Part shown: positions 63,520-64,000 of the stretch, in pieces
Position numbering within the stretch: position 1 is the stretch's first letter
How the letters are laid out: each line of letters begins with the position of its first letter
Source: Eledone cirrhosa
Lineage: Eukaryota
NCBI GenBank assembly: GCA_964016885.1
Contig: OZ024751.1
Location: 7,750,001 to 7,814,000, forward strand
DNA: 64,000 bases
Reading direction: 5' to 3'
Notes under the pieces: model-generated
Database searches by the model: none
What the model was told of the DNA's origin: nothing
The model's input: the letters and a program-made list of their open reading frames with translations, nothing else
Position numbers and translations under genes: made by a program

Positions 63520-63990
63520 CGCCAGAGATCACGGCACTGTATCATCGACTGTTAAAGGTGCTATTGTGAAAAATTCACTTTTATCCCCTCATCCAAAGTC
63601 TTGTTTGTGTTTTACTACCACATAGCGTCCAACAATTGTGAGCGCACTTCACCTTTTTATACTGCTTTCAGCCTCCATACAAATCACTAGTCCATACCTA
63701 CGTGATCTACTCTCTTGCACATATCAGAACCCTCTGATGCCTAATTTCTGTCTCAGTTCGTTTATGCTTGCCTTTCACGTATATTAATATTACACATATT
63801 TTCATCGAAACTTGCAAGCTTTATTTCTTTCCAATCTTCGCAATTCCTACTCACACTGTGTCCAGGCCTTACTAACGCCACACATTTCTGTTAACATAGC
63901 GGAAGCTATTTTTATAGCGTTTGATTGCCGTGGTAGTCTGCTCTTGCTGGTCCGTTGCAATGGGTACATGTAAAACCTACGGTCTTAGCT
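63520..63990 (-). mobile_element. RTE-clade LINE C-terminal remnant
   Basis: Across frameshifts the minus strand gives SKAW..ELRRLERNKA..MCNINIRERQ..NELRQKLGIRG..VQESRSRRYGLV, an RTE C-terminus. Confidence 0.72.
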
Positions 63991-64000
63991 AAATTACCTG

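Overview
AT-rich, repeat-dominated eukaryotic DNA. The SINE families and microsatellite content suggest an octopus (inference). No host protein-coding gene is recognisable. Two clusters (1-9030 and about 44000-59920) are stacks of non-LTR retrotransposons separated by (ATT)n tracts. Five R4/Dong-type RLE elements of two families lie on the minus strand; four Tx1/L1-type APE elements or fragments lie on the plus strand, one nearly full length (53876-59877). The rest holds 11 copies of a tRNA-derived SINE, one CORE-type SINE, RTE and Penelope remnants, many long palindromes or MITE-like inverted repeats, and simple repeats. Most notable: (1) three minimal type I hammerhead-ribozyme motifs at 60.9-62.9 kb, two of them in diverged direct repeats with a compensatory stem change; (2) strictly opposite strand polarity of Dong and Tx1 insertions into the same microsatellite; (3) 3'-tail and target-site evidence that the SINE uses the Tx1 machinery; (4) a 5' splice-site consensus at the Tx1 ORF1-ORF2 junction in two diverged elements. 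All calls were read by eye; no database search was run.
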